DNA of 63,529 nucleotides, the filler included, from Octopus bimaculoides (lineage: Eukaryota): assembly GCF_001194135.2 (NCBI RefSeq). It is 3 parts of 3 records of this genome, joined end to end, with 100 filler letters (N's around TTAATTAATTAA, not from the genome) between each part and the next. Parts side by side here need not be neighbours in the genome. Positions count along the whole stretch, not along the records: positions 1 to 30,199 come from NC_068981.1; 2 more parts are not named here. One strand, written 5' to 3'. Positions 1-12,467 of the stretch are shown here, piece by piece. A program made the translations under genes and the position numbers. The notes below the pieces were generated by a model that saw nothing but the letters and a program-made list of their open reading frames with translations, was not told the origin of the DNA and made no database searches. Positions within the stretch are counted from its first letter, which is position 1. Each line of letters opens with the position of its first letter.

Positions 1-168
1 TTTATATATTATTGTTTTATATATTATTTTCTTCATTTTGTACTTCTTTGTAAAAAAAACATTTTCATTCTCCCTCTTGATAATTTGCTCCTTCGCAATG
101 AAAACCGGTTAGAAAAAATCTTTATTAAATTATACTTCCAGTTCAGCATTCTGGCTTTTTTTAATTTT

Positions 169-202
<34 letters not shown>

Positions 203-204
<2 letters not shown>

Positions 205-345
205 TTTGTTCTAAGAAGCTTGCTTCCAAACAATGTGATTTCAGGTTCAACCATATTGTGTGGCACCTTGAACAGTTGTTTCTGTGACCCCATCACAACC
301 AGGGCTTTGTGTTGGTAAATGGAAACTGGAGAAGCCTGCTGTATA
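203..345 (+). mobile_element. Degenerate tRNA-derived CORE-type SINE, head region
   Basis: Matches better copies (4137, 4813, 13575): AAGAAGCTTGCTTCC..GGTTCA..GGCACCTTG..TGGAAACTG, then a (TG) tract. Confidence 0.75.
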
Positions 346-599
346 TGTGTGTGTCCTTGTCTTTATATCACATGAGAGTTGTAAACAAGAGTCACTGTCA
401 TACAAACAATGTTCTTTGTTTCCAGTTTCCAATCTTCTGCGTAAACATGTCTAGTTATGGGAAACATTTACCTTGCTTGAAAACAAATGAGGGTCAATGA
501 CAGAAAAGGCAGCCAATCATAGAGAATCTACATGAATAGATTCTGTCAGACCCATGTGAAAGGAAAAGTTAAAATAATGGTTTTTAGATCCAGAGAGAG

Positions 600-2070
600 A
601 AAGATGAGTAAAGAAAAAAAAAAGTGTCATTGCAGCTCAACAACAAAACAGAACATTAAAAGCAATATCAAAACTAATGTCAAATGACATCAATAAAAAC
701 AGATCAAAATATGCATAGTAAAGATGGAAAACATCAGCAGTGAAAGTAGTATCAACAATATCAATAACAATGTTGTAGCAGGTATAAAACTCAGTATAAG
801 GAAAGTAGCTACAGTGACACCCAACCAAATCAGATCCAAATATAAAAACAAACAATTCCTATTTACTTTGCTCTCTGTATATATATAAATCTGGAAAAGA
901 AAGCTCAAAGACACAGCTAATGGTTAGAAATTTGTTGAGGAGCTAGATTCGTATAGCATAGTGGACAATTAGAAATTCCTTCAGGAGAACTTACTGTGCG
1001 CTACAGACCAATTCTATGACTGGTGTAAAGTTCTGGCCAGACTGCAAGTGAAGTGGTAGAACAGTGAAGTAGATGAAGCTATAAAAGCTAAAAGACATCC
1101 TGAAAATATGGTAGCTGCTGAGAATTGTATCAAGTACCCAAAAAGAGAAGCTAGGCAACAGCTTTATATAGAAAAAGGAGAAGCAGAAAGATTTGCCAAT
1201 ATTTTACAATGTTTTTTTTTACAGTTATGACAGTCTGTTAAACATGGAGAATGTTTGAGATACAGAGGGTCTTCTTAGCAAAGAATTAAGTTCTAGTAAG
1301 AAATCAAACAGGAACTCTCTTCCAATCAAATGAAAGAGAGTTCTCAGTATGTATGAAAATTATAGGAAGGAATTCTATACAATCTATAGAATTCACTGTG
1401 TAAGCTACAGACACACAAGACATGCAGTGGAATCACAGGTAGGTTAATAGAAAATGTATTCTTTGTGTGTGGAAGAAGCACAGGAACAATAAACACTGAG
1501 GAGATATGGGGAAGATTTTCTCAAATGCCATGAAAGCTCTTTAAAGAGTGTCTGTGATCTAGGAAACCTAATTAGCAGTGGAGGATGATGTTCTGAAAGT
1601 ATTGTTGAGAGAATAAGAATAGGATGGAAGAAGTTCAGAAAGCTACTACCTCTGTTGACAATAAATTTCTCTCTGGTTCTTTCAGAAAAAAAAAGGCAGA
1701 TTATATAATGTTTGTGTGTGAACAGCAATACTACATGGAAGTCAGACTTGGGCCCTGAATGCATAGGACATGTGAAGACTAGAAAAGAATGAAGCTAGTA
1801 CGCTCTGTTGGATGTGCAAGATCAGTGTGCATAGCCAATCGACTACGTGGATGTATTTAGAGAGAAAAATTAGGCACAAGCGGAACCAGATGTAGCATGC
1901 AAGAGAGAAGACTTCACTAGTTTGGTCATGTGATACATATGGATGAGGATAGCTTTATAATGAAGTGCCAATCATTTAAAATTTATGGGACTTGTGGAAG
2001 GCTGATCTCAAGATGCTGAACCTCATGGAAGAAATGACAAAGAACTAGGATCATTGGTAATTGACTGTGC
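600..2070 (+). mobile_element. Decayed, internally deleted RTE-clade LINE (ORF2 relics)
   Basis: Broken frames give LGNLISSGG-CSESIVERIRIGWKKFRKLLPLL, LHGSQTWALNA, REKLGTSGTRCSMQERRL and GHVIHMDEDS, homologous to the cleaner copy at 5170-5730. Confidence 0.85.
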
Positions 2071-2306
2071 GGCAAAAGTGAGTTCCTAAAATCATTATGA
2101 TTTTACAGAAACTTTCTTCTCACTCTCACTATCAAAAATGCAATAATTAAAGCATTGGCAGCCTGTAACATGTGATATTGTAGTTCACTTATTGCCATAT
2201 AAAGTAAATCTACAATAATGTAGAAATCTGCTTATTAATTAGTTTGGAGTATGTAACTTTTACTAAAATAAACCAATTGTTGGAGACAAAACTCTAGAAA
2301 ATTCTT

Positions 2307-2485
2307 AAAAAGCATCCACTTGACTTCTAGAGTGGTTGGCATTAGGAAGGGCATCTAGCTATAGAAACCACGCTAAATCAGACTGGAACCTGGTGCAGCT
2401 CCCTGGCTTACCAGTTTTCAGTCAAACTGTCCAACCCATGCCAGCATAGAAAACAGACATATGATGATGATGATGATGATGATGA
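2307..2485 (+). mobile_element. (GAT)n-tailed RTE 3' end / SINE-like element
   Basis: GAGTGGTTGGCATTAGGAAGGGCATC..CCAACCCATGCCAGCAT..(GAT)n; about 15 copies in the window. Confidence 0.85.
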
Positions 2486-3014
2486 ATACTTCTTTTTAAT
2501 CAAACTGTGGTTTTCAACATACTTTTATTATTGAAAATTTCAGCATGATTTCACTTTAATTCACAATAACAGAAAACCTTACAGTGAGATATTTTTTTTT
2601 TTACTTTCCATTCTTATTTTTTTTACCATTTTTATTTCTCTTAATTTTTGCTCCTCACTTATTCTCAGGTTTGCATTTTTTCTTTGCAATGGCATCTCTC
2701 TCTCTCAACTACATCTATTCAATTTTTTTCACTAAAATTACATGAATACAAAGATTTTCTTTTTGTTTATTGCCTCTATTTTTTTTTTTTTAGTCTCTCA
2801 CCACCTCTATTCTTATAAGTCTGCTCTTATTCTGTCTTATCCTCATTGTTGCATTTACTTTCTTCCTCTCTTTCCACCTCTCTTTAAATTAGTTCTTTCT
2901 CCATTAAAACTGTTCCTCTCTTGCTCCTAGCCTCATTTTTTTGCTTGCAACACATACACACACACACACACACACACTCTCTCTCTCTCTCTCTCTCTCT
3001 CACTCGCTATAAAA

Positions 3015-3041
3015 CTGCCCAGAGGGTAGTGTTTCTGCCAG
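3015..3041 (+). mobile_element. Degenerate Helitron 3' terminus
   Basis: CTGCCC-AGA-GGGTAG hairpin then TGTTTCTGCCAG|T; resembles the terminus at 35343-35370. Confidence 0.45.
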
Positions 3042-3512
3042 TACAAATGAATAAGCTAAGTCACCAATTTCTCCCCTAAAATCTAAACGATATAGTACCA
3101 TAGTCAATAAAATCCAGAAGCAAAATTTTCACAACAATGCTATACTAATACAAAGAAATTATCCAGGCACCAACATAATGAAAAACTTGTAGCATTATAA
3201 ACAAAGAAAGGATAAAAATCTTCCTGATATATTTTTCATAAAATGGGAAAGATGAAATTATGTTTAACTAGAGTAGCCACAGGGCTTACTTTTTCCTTTG
3301 CTAACACAAGCAGAAATATTTGTTGGATTCTGCAATCCTCAATTATTTAAATAATTCCCTTAAGGTAGCCTCAACAATACTACACTAATTTCATTTTGTT
3401 GCAAATAACTACAAGTACTTGATTCATGTTTTGGTAGCATTGGTTATACTGTAAAAAAGCAATAAATAAAACTGCTACAGTTTAAGACCTAAAAACTTTC
3501 TAACTGCATGAT

Positions 3513-3851
3513 TCTGAGTTCATTCCCACTGTGTAGCACCTTGGGCAAGTGTCTTCTACTATAGCCTCAGGCCACCTAAAGACTTGTGAGAGGATTTGGT
3601 ACATGGAAACTGAAAGAAAACTGTGTGTGTGTGTGCGTGTGCCTGTCTATGTTTGTCCCCCAACATTGCTTGACAATGAGTGTTGGTGTGTTTATGTACC
3701 CATAACTTGGCAGTTCAGCAAAAGAGACTGATAGAATAAGTAGCAGGTTTAAAAAAAAAAAAATTCTGGGATCAATTTACCCAACTAAAATTCTTTAAAG
3801 TGATGCCCCATCATGGCCATATTTTAATGACTGAAACAAGTAAAAGATAAA
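3513..3851 (+). mobile_element. CORE-type SINE with internal (TG)n and 3' module
   Basis: GCACCTTGGGCAAGTGTCTTCTACTATAGCC core, (TG)n, then a module ending GACTGAAACAAGTAAAAGA. Confidence 0.85.
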
Positions 3852-4136
3852 ATACTATGAAATGTAATTTTAAAATTAGAGTCCCTGTATTTTCAAGGCT
3901 GACCTTTAAAAAGGTTTCCAAACAATATAAGCTGAGCAAAAATTACCCATATATTCAAAGGTAGCAACAACCATGATTTCAATATCTGCTATGATGTCTG
4001 TTTTCTCAAGATTTCAGCAGCATTTCAGATTTACCAAATCTGAAAGTATCTAAGTTTAATATTTATTCCACCGCCAAGAAGAGCCACTCAATAATTAGTA
4101 TTTATTCCCAAGATTTAAAGTACAAAAGCTTAATTT

Positions 4137-4302
4137 AGGCACAAATGTGGCTGTGTGGTGAGAAGTTGGCTTCCGAATCACATGGTTCTGAGTTCAGTCC
4201 CACTGCAAGGCACCTTAGGCAAATACCTTTCACAATAGCTTTGGGCTGACCAAAGCCTTGACAATGGATCTGGTAGATGGAAACTGAAAGAAACCTGGTA
4301 CA

Positions 4303-4381
<79 letters not shown>

Positions 4382-4557
4382 CGCATGTGCACACAAAAGT
4401 CTTTGTTTGTATTTGTCTCTCTGCATCATTTGACAACTGATGTTGAGCAGTTCAGCAAGAGAGACCAATAGAAAAAGTACCAGGCTTCAAAGGAATTGGA
4501 GCCAATTCCTTCCACTACAATTTATCAAGGCACATTCTTATGACTGAAACAAGAAAA
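4137..4557 (+). mobile_element. Near full-length CORE-type SINE with long internal (TG)n
   Basis: tRNA-like head GTGGCTGTGTGGTGAGAAG..GAGTTCAGTCCC, core, (TG)n at about 4305-4381, 3' module. Confidence 0.85.
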
Positions 4558-4812
4558 AGTTTATGTATCCCACCTTAATGGGCTCTTCTTACTCACTACG
4601 CATTGTCTCAGTGTATTCCAACCAACTCAGTGCATTCCCCCACCTACATCCATCTCCATTCCCCTCTAATAGCCTTTTCTGTGTAACAGACCCAGAGAAT
4701 AGTGAGTCCTAATTAAATTTCCTGCTTAAAAGCTTTTGAGATAAGTGCCATCTCAAATCTTAATGATATTGCAAGAGCAGTTTTGTTTCTTTATAAACTT
4801 CAATGACAATAG

Positions 4813-4988
4813 GCACAGGCGTGATTGTGTGGTAAGAAGCTTGCTTCCCAACCATATGGTTCTGTGTTCAGTCCCACTGCATGGCACCTTAGGCAAGTGT
4901 CTTCTACTATAACATTGGGCCAATCAGAGCCTTATGAGTGGATTTCGTAGACGGAAACTGAAAAGAAGCTTGCTGTTGTGTGTGTGTG
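4813..4988 (+). mobile_element. CORE-type SINE, head and core
   Basis: GGCGTGATTGTGTGGTAAGAAGCTTGCTTCCCAACC..GGCACCTTAGGCAAGTG..GACGGAAACTG. Confidence 0.85.
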
Positions 4989-4989
4989 T

Positions 4990-5160
4990 CATCATCATCG
5001 TTTAACATCCGCTTTTGATGCTAGCATGGGTTGGACGATTCGACTGAGGACTGGTGAGCCAGATGGCTGCACCAGGCTCCAATCTGATTTGGTAGAGTTT
5101 CTACAGCTGGATGCCCTTCCTAACACCAACCACTCCGAGAGTGTAGTGGGTGCTTTTACA
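4990..5160 (-). mobile_element. (GAT)n-tailed RTE 3' end
   Basis: (CAT)n followed by the reverse complement of the tail element. Confidence 0.85.
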
Positions 5161-5169
5161 TGTTACATA

Positions 5170-6212
5170 GGCAACCAAGTCTGTAGTGGTGGTTGCTTTG
5201 AGAGTGTAGCGACTAGAGTAAGAATAGCTTGGGCAAAATTCAGGGTGCTCCTACCTCTGCTGGCAACTAAGGGCCTCTCACTCGGAGTGAAAGGTAGACT
5301 GTATGATGTGTGCAAACTGCCATGCTACANNNNNNNNNNGTGAAAGGTAGACTGTATGATGTGTGCAAACTGCCATGCTACACGGCAGTGAAACATGGGC
5401 CATGAATGCTGAGAACATGCGTAGGCTTGAAAGAAATGAAACTAGTATGATCCGCTGGATGTATAATGTCAGTGTGCACATGCGACAGAGTGGAAGTACC
5501 CTGAGAGAAAAGTTAGGCATAAGAAGCATCAAATGTGGTGTGCAAGAGAGACCACTGCGCTAGTATGGCCATGTGTTACATATGAATGAAGACTGTGTGA
5601 GGAAGTGCCATTCCCTAACTGTAGAAGGAACCTGTGGAAGAGATAGACCCAGGAAGACATCAGAAGTAATGGCAGGAGACCAGGACCTTTGGAGATATGC
5701 TGTGATTGAGAAGACTCGGCAATTAAAGAGAGATTGCAGCTACACATGTTCAGCCCTGTTAAGAATACTCCTGATGTGTCAGACAATATGATATGCTTGA
5801 AAAGGCCTGTTGAGTCAAGTAAAACCAATATCATAGCTGGTGGCACGTAAAATGCACCATCTGAACATGGTTGATGCCAGCTCCACCTGACTGGCTCCCG
5901 TGCCGGTGGCACGCAAAAAGCACCAACCTATCATGACCGATGCCAGTACTCCGACTGGCTTCTTTGCAGGTGGCACGTAAAAAGCACCATCCGAACGTGA
6001 TTGTTGCCAGGCCTGCCTGACTGGCTCCTGTGCAGGTGGCACGTAAAAAGCGCCCACTACACTCTCATAGTGGTTGGCATTAGGAAGGGCATCAAACTGT
6101 AGAAACATTGCCAGATGAGATTGGAGCCTGGTGCAGTCACTGGCTCCTCTTATCTCAATCAAACCATTCAACCTATGCCAGCATGGAAAACGGCCATTAG
6201 ACAATGATGATA
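5170..6212 (+). mobile_element. 5'-truncated RTE-clade LINE: RT C-terminus, 3' UTR with tandem units, GAT tail
   Basis: GGCFESVATRVRIAWAKFRVLLPLLATKGLSLGVKGRLY, MLHGSETWAMNAENMRRLERNE and GHVLHMNEDCVRKC are typical RTE post-RT motifs; sequence runs on into the tail element. Confidence 0.9.
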
Positions 6213-6224
6213 TACATAATGTTG

Positions 6225-6425
6225 TGTTTGTCTCTCTGTCATCACTTGACAACTGATGCTGGTGTGTTTATGTCCCTGTAACTTAACAGATCGACAAAAG
6301 AAACCGATCGAATAAGTACTAGGCTTACAAAGAATAAGTCCTGGGGTCAATTTCTTTGACTAACACCCTTTAAGGTGGTGCTCCAGCATGGCCACAGTCA
6401 AAAGAATGAAACAAAAGAATAAAAG
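6225..6425 (+). mobile_element. SINE 3' module
   Basis: CTTGACAACTGATGCTGGTGTGTTTATGTCCCTGTAACTTA..AGAATAAGTCCTGGGGTC..GTGCTCCAGCATGGCC. Confidence 0.8.
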
Positions 6426-7189
6426 AACTGTCCCAGCTCAACTTTTGGCTTCCAGTCTTGTGCCATTGCTTACAGGCCAGAGGAAGCAGTTCTGACAACC
6501 AAATTTAGTTTCTTCCTCGCCTTGATAAAAGCTTGGTCTACTTTGCTTGCAAAGGCTAATCCCACTACAAATGCTGTTTACTACTGCACCAGTGGTAGCA
6601 CTCCTTCCCCAAAGGTTTCAGACACCCTACTTCAATGAAAATTAAAAGATATATTAACATATAGAAAAGCACACTATAGATAAAAAAAATACTACTTTAA
6701 TTAATTTTAATTAAATCCTGCTGTTACCTGCCCTGCCTTGCATGACCAGGGTTAGTCATTAAAATAATGATTTGTTCTCAATACTATGGATGTAAATTTG
6801 ATTAATTAAAATTTCTTGGTTTGCCACATTAAGTATATTAGCACAAACTTTAATCTTGCTCAATTCCAATAAATTTACCATAAACATTAAAAAAAATTAT
6901 TTTGTTTACTTTGTTCAGATACTGGTTGCATTGATTCTATTGTAAATGACAAAAAATATATAGGATTAACAGAACCTATTTCTAAAAGCATGAATTGATA
7001 ATTGTTAAAATTGCTTTAAGAGGTCAGTACAATGCAAATTAGAAATAAAGGGGTGAAAACAAAAATAAATTAAAACAACGGCTTACTTTACACTTCTACT
7101 ATATATTCTAATATAAGTGAAAATGGAGGATGGTGAAAAGCTAGTATCTTTTTTCAAAGTATGTTGTTGTACTAAGCTATAGTTTTTTT

Positions 7190-7740
7190 TAACTTATGAA
7201 ATTACTTATTTAAAATCTTCATCACCATACATTTCTCATTCTCCTCACAGCCTGATTTTTTCTCCACTTGCGCTCATGCAACCTTCCCACTCACATATCT
7301 TCCTTTCATCCTTCTCCTGTCTGGTGTATTATTATCCTGCTGCTGTTCACATTCCTACAAATCAACTTCCCCTCCCCCTGACCTTCTTCAATTCATGTAT
7401 CATTGATTGCCCCTCCATCATTCACTACATTCCCCCCTATACCTTTCCCAATCTCATCTTCATTTACTCGCCCCTATCTTATCATTGACTCCACTCACCT
7501 TGTTCATTATTCAGTATATTCACTACCCTCCACCTTTGTCAACCAACCTTCACTCTCTCCATACAATCCTGCAGCTTCTACCCAGTTTCCCTATGCTCAC
7601 CCTGATGCCTTCTCACTACAGATTTGTCTTCCTTTCCAACTCCACACTGAGTACTGCCATCCACTTTTGTATGAGGTCAACCATGTATCTCCTCTACAGC
7701 AAGACACTTGCTCCATCCCCTTCCACTAAGTATTCAAAGC
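7190..7740 (+). mobile_element. Pyrimidine-rich dispersed repeat, probably a decayed non-LTR element
   Basis: Shares CATGTATCTCCTCTACAGCAA with 27383-27403 and CCACCTTTGTC with the minus-strand copy near 19.7 kb. Confidence 0.55.
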
Positions 7741-8597
7741 AGATCTTTTGCTAGATAAATTGATATCCTGGTGCACTGCTTCCTAAAGTAGTAACCCTTG
7801 AGGCATGATTTCTTTTCCCATTTTATCCACCGCAGTCACGGAAATCCACCAAAAAAGGTCATGCATGCTGCCATTCCTTCTCTGACAGACTAAACCATAA
7901 AACATTGCATTCTTGAATGATTTATTTTCTGTATTTCATTAGAGTTGTTATTGTACAAACTCACTATTGTAAAATATCTACTAAATTAGCTGAAATGCTA
8001 ACATTCATATAATCAAGTTCAGATTTGACCAAACTAATAAAGCATTCTAACTAATGAAAGCACATCAAATACTGAATTGATTACTTTGTTCTTAACGCTT
8101 TAATGGTGCTGGGATGTTTCCTGTTCTTGGATATCTCTCACAAGTAATAAATAATGCATTAAATAAATAATGACCTCAAGTATAATAACAAGACTACAAC
8201 TTAGAATTTAATTGACTTCAGAACTTGATTGGTAGTTACATTACTGAAACTGGAGGGGTGAAAACCAAAGTCAAACAGGACTGGGTTTGAAATCAGAACA
8301 TAAAAAATTGCCAGTGAAATACAATACAGACATTAGAATCGAGGCTTGTGATACATAACAAATCTCATGCCACTGACACAATCCACCATAGATAGAGAAA
8401 TGTCATCTACTTCATTGGAAAATCAGATGTGTCTTAAATAGCAAAAACAAATGATAAACACTAACATGAACACTAGAAACATTTCTTATATATTTTCTAC
8501 TGCATAATTATTCTGATATAATCAGCAGGCTAATCAAATCTTTTCTTTATTGTCCTACATTCTACATAAAACTATCAGCATATATTTTATAAATATA

Positions 8598-9448
8598 CAG
8601 AGCGTCCCAAAAGTAACTGATGGGTTTCAATTTTTAATAACTTCTTTACCTGTACAAATAAATGCATGACATTTTGATACAATATAAAGGGCATAATGCA
8701 AATTAATATGCACAGGTAAAATTTTGAAATACCACTACATTACATATGGAAAATGACATCACTTAAATGGCAGCCGTTTTCAGTTTCACATACCCGTGCT
8801 CTTTCCAAAACCTGCACCATAACACCCTCAGAGTTTCTGACTCTACTTCTCTGATTTCACTATTGTTGTTCTCCTTCAGTTGCACCAGGGTCTCTGGTTT
8901 GTTGACGTAAACCCTCTCTTTCAGGTATCCCCACAAGAAAAAATCCAGGCTAGTCAAGTCTGGGGAATGTGAAGGCCAGATGAAATTGCCATAGTGGGAG
9001 ATTATTCTCTCTCCAAAGCACTATTGTAGCAACTGCATTGTTTCTCTTGCAGTATAAGCAGTTGCCCCCATCTTGCTGGAACCATGTGTGAGGTCTACTT
9101 TGAATGACCAGGCACAAAAAAGGTCTCAATCATGGATAGCTGAAAGAGAAGGTTTACGTCAACAAGCCAGAGACCCTGGTGCATCTGAAGGAGAATATCA
9201 ATAGAGAAATCAGAAGTGGTGTCTGAAACTCTTAAGGGTGTTATAGTGCAAGAGCATGTGAAGCCAATAATGGCTGCCATTTAAGCGATGTTATTTTGCA
9301 TATGTGATGTAGTGGTGTTGCAAAATTTGATTTCTGCATATTAATTTCCATTATGTCTGTTATATTTTATCAAATTTCATGCATTTATTTGTAGAGTTAA
9401 GGAAGTTATTAAAAATCAAAACCCATCAGTGACTTTTGGGACACCTTG
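8598..9448. mobile_element. Tc1/mariner DD41D (rosa-type) derivative with about 320-bp inverted arms
   Basis: Ends CAGAGCGTCCCAAAAGT / ACTTTTGGGACACCTTG, TA on the left. Minus-strand WFQQDGATAYT...WPSHSPDLTSLDFFLWGYLKERVY has 41 residues between the last two catalytic Asp and one stop. Confidence 0.9.
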
Positions 9449-10109
9449 TGTAATATATATAGATATATTTTATAAATATTTATATTTAATTTTACAAATA
9501 TATAATATATACATGTACTTTATATTTATGTCACCCTATATAAATGCACATGTACACACACACAGGTAAGTGTAATAATTAATGAAAACAGTACTCCGGC
9601 AGGTTAAACATTTGTAGTAACAATTTGACTTAGATCTACATTATTAATAGTTTCATAGATGCATAAAGCATATCTGATCATTCAGATGCAAGGATACAAA
9701 GTAAGGAAGTAGTTAGGGTTTCTAAATAAGATTGACCGTTATTGGTCAAGAAAACTCATTCCTATCAGCAATTTGGGTCACATGATGAAGCTAGTAGTTA
9801 CTGAGAGTTAATGCTTCACTGAGGAGAGCTAATAAGAGTGGAACATATCTGAAGATGTCAACAAGACTTACTAGATGGGTTAAAATAATATTGATGGAAA
9901 TATAATTTCTTGACAATTGTTTTTAATTAGCCTTTCGATGTTGATTACATTACATGTATTAATAACTAAATCAACACTATTTTCATGCAGCCATAAAAAC
10001 TGTGCCAAGGCAAACATTGGACTCCTGACTTGTTGGTTCCTGTCAAACTTCCTAACACATGCCAGCATAGAAAATAAACGTTAAATGAAGATGATGTACA
10101 GGAAATAGA

Positions 10110-10230
10110 TTTCTTCAAATGGCCAAGGGGATCCTTAGAAGTAGTAAATAGTTACTGTCATCAAGGTGACCAAATTAACATCAGAGGAAGTTGCTCTGAA
10201 AGCATAGTTGCTAGAATAAGAGCCAACTGA
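10110..10230 (+). mobile_element. RTE RT fragment
   Basis: SLEVVNSYCHQGDQINIRGSCSESIVARIR, matching the RTE motif at 5170. Confidence 0.65.
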
Positions 10231-11090
10231 GTGAATCCTTTTGATCCACCACTTATAACTCTGGTGTTCTTCACATTTTCTCCTCACTACCTCTTCCCAT
10301 GCATCAATGACTGGTCTATTTTCTGCCGCCACCAATCCTTATTAGAAAGTCTTTCAGTCTTCCACTATTTGCACGCCCAAGTGTCATTCACATGCAGCCA
10401 AAACAGCTCGTGTCAAATCTGCACTGATATTTGCTGTCATGAAGAGACCACAGAAATATCTCCAATGTAGTTATGCCAATATCTCCTCCAAAAAACACAA
10501 AGACATACTCACCATACATCACCATACCTCCACCTGAAATATGGACAGTATGGAACTAGAATCCTGAAGGTTGCTAATTAATGCTATAGGCCTCACTATT
10601 GATAAGGTTCTCTCCTGGCAAATATATCTCTTCACCAAAGCCAAAACTGCATCACAAAGAGTGGCCTTCTTCTAAGAAACTACTTCAGCTTCCTAATAAT
10701 TTTACCAAGCTCAGGTGAGACCCACAAGACAGTACTGTCTCAGTCGCTGGGATTTACAAATAAACATCCTAGAATACATTTAAAAGGAAGCAGTTCAACT
10801 GACCAGTTGCAAGTCAGACACTGCCAATACATGCCAACTGCAGATCCACGCATGTACTGTGTCCTCTTTGACACCACTGCATCAGCCTCTGCTCCCTGGA
10901 GTCTGCTAGTCTCATGCCACTTCCAACCAGACACTCATATTCACTCATCTCTCACCCATACTTCATATCTCGATTCCTTCTTCTTCAGAATAGCTGCTCT
11001 CTGGAATTTTCTCCCAGTATGTTTTTCCTGTAGCCATCAACTTCCATCTATTCAAAGAAACATTGACTTCAATGATCTCACTTACCTTGG
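10231..11090 (+). mobile_element. Decayed CR1/L2-type LINE 3' part
   Basis: GLTIDKVLSW, QAQVRPT and SYLDSFFFRIAALWNFLP resemble the CR1/L2 RT C-terminus. Confidence 0.7.
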
Positions 11091-12467
11091 ACATCTTACA
11101 AAGGACCTGGTCACAGCCCCTTTTTTCCAGACCAATAAAATACCTAATATAATAATACAGAGCATTGTCTTTCATCTCCCTCCCACAAACATTTACAGCC
11201 ATGCATTTACAACTGACAACCTATTTAAATGCCCATCCTCCCACCCAACTTTTCCTACATTACTTTCTTTAAAAGTGTATGTAATATCAGTTCACGTTCT
11301 TGTTGCTTATATGATACATTTAATTTTGTTTATTCAATTGATTTCCTTATTAATACAAAGCTAATACACAATATTGGTTAGCTTTCATCTTATTACTTGT
11401 TGATTCTTATTTGCAATTCTCAACAACAGAAATATTTTCTTGTAGTCCTCAAATTTACGATGATATTATTACTCTCATCAAAATATTCCATCTTTCAACA
11501 TATGTTGAAATGTGCACCATAATTTATTGATATTTCTACTTTGTTCAAAATACTGACATTTGAAAGGAAATTATAGATGTAGACATACACATAGGAAAAT
11601 ACAAAGTGAAATGCATATCCTATTTATGATGATCTATTTACATTCATACATTTACATGATTTATATGTCTCCACAGACGGAAAGCAGTAGATATCTATAA
11701 AAATTTTTTTACATATATTCTCTACTCATACATATATTTCATTAACTTGGTTTTAGTCATTTCAAAATCATACTGAACAAATATTTTCCTTTATTGTATT
11801 CCTTGTAGAAATGATTTTTTTCATGTTACTTCTGAAAATTCTTCACAAAATACTTAGAACTTTTCCTAGTAATCATATTTCAATAGCTTCCATTCTACAT
11901 ATATTTATAAATATTGGTATCATTCCATATGACTTCAAAGCTTTATATCATACCTTTTATTGCAGTTCAAAGTTATTTTCTACTATGTTAATTCTCTTGG
12001 TTACTTATTGAGTACATTTAATATGCTTTCAATTTCCTAAGAGACACAGAAGTGGCATCAAATACTATTTTTAGAAGATCCTAGGAAAATGTGTCTATAG
12101 ACAAACCATGAGTTAACTTATCATAGGTCTTATGAAGAACATAAGTTTCTTTTTACATCTCAATCGATATTTCATGACTATCATTGTCTGAAATTTCAAG
12201 GAGTAAATAACCAACCATAAATGTATTTTACTCTTCAGAAAACAGATACTAACAAAGTCATTTCATCCACTTAATACAATTGGTAAGCATGCATGTACAT
12301 AGAACTATCATGATCTCACAACTCTACTATTAGTACTTCATCTTAATATAGAACATAAATCAGCCCAATACCACACTGACCATACAACAAAGAAAGACCA
12401 TTTAGAAGGAATGCCAGCCAGTGAGTAATTCCTGATCAAAACAAAACCTAGAAATCTTCCTTCATCT

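Noticed and set aside
5287-5382. 43-bp direct repeat on either side of a 10-N gap
   Set aside because: Identical sequence flanking a gap is an unmerged contig overlap; likewise ACCCCAAAG around the 39153-39206 gap.
5836-6060. Regularly spaced repeats resembling a CRISPR array
   Set aside because: Eukaryotic context, spacers are homologous to each other, and the array is part of an RTE 3' UTR.
6475-6630. Possible exon with splice-like ends on either strand
   Set aside because: No frame gave a recognisable product together with good acceptor and donor sites.
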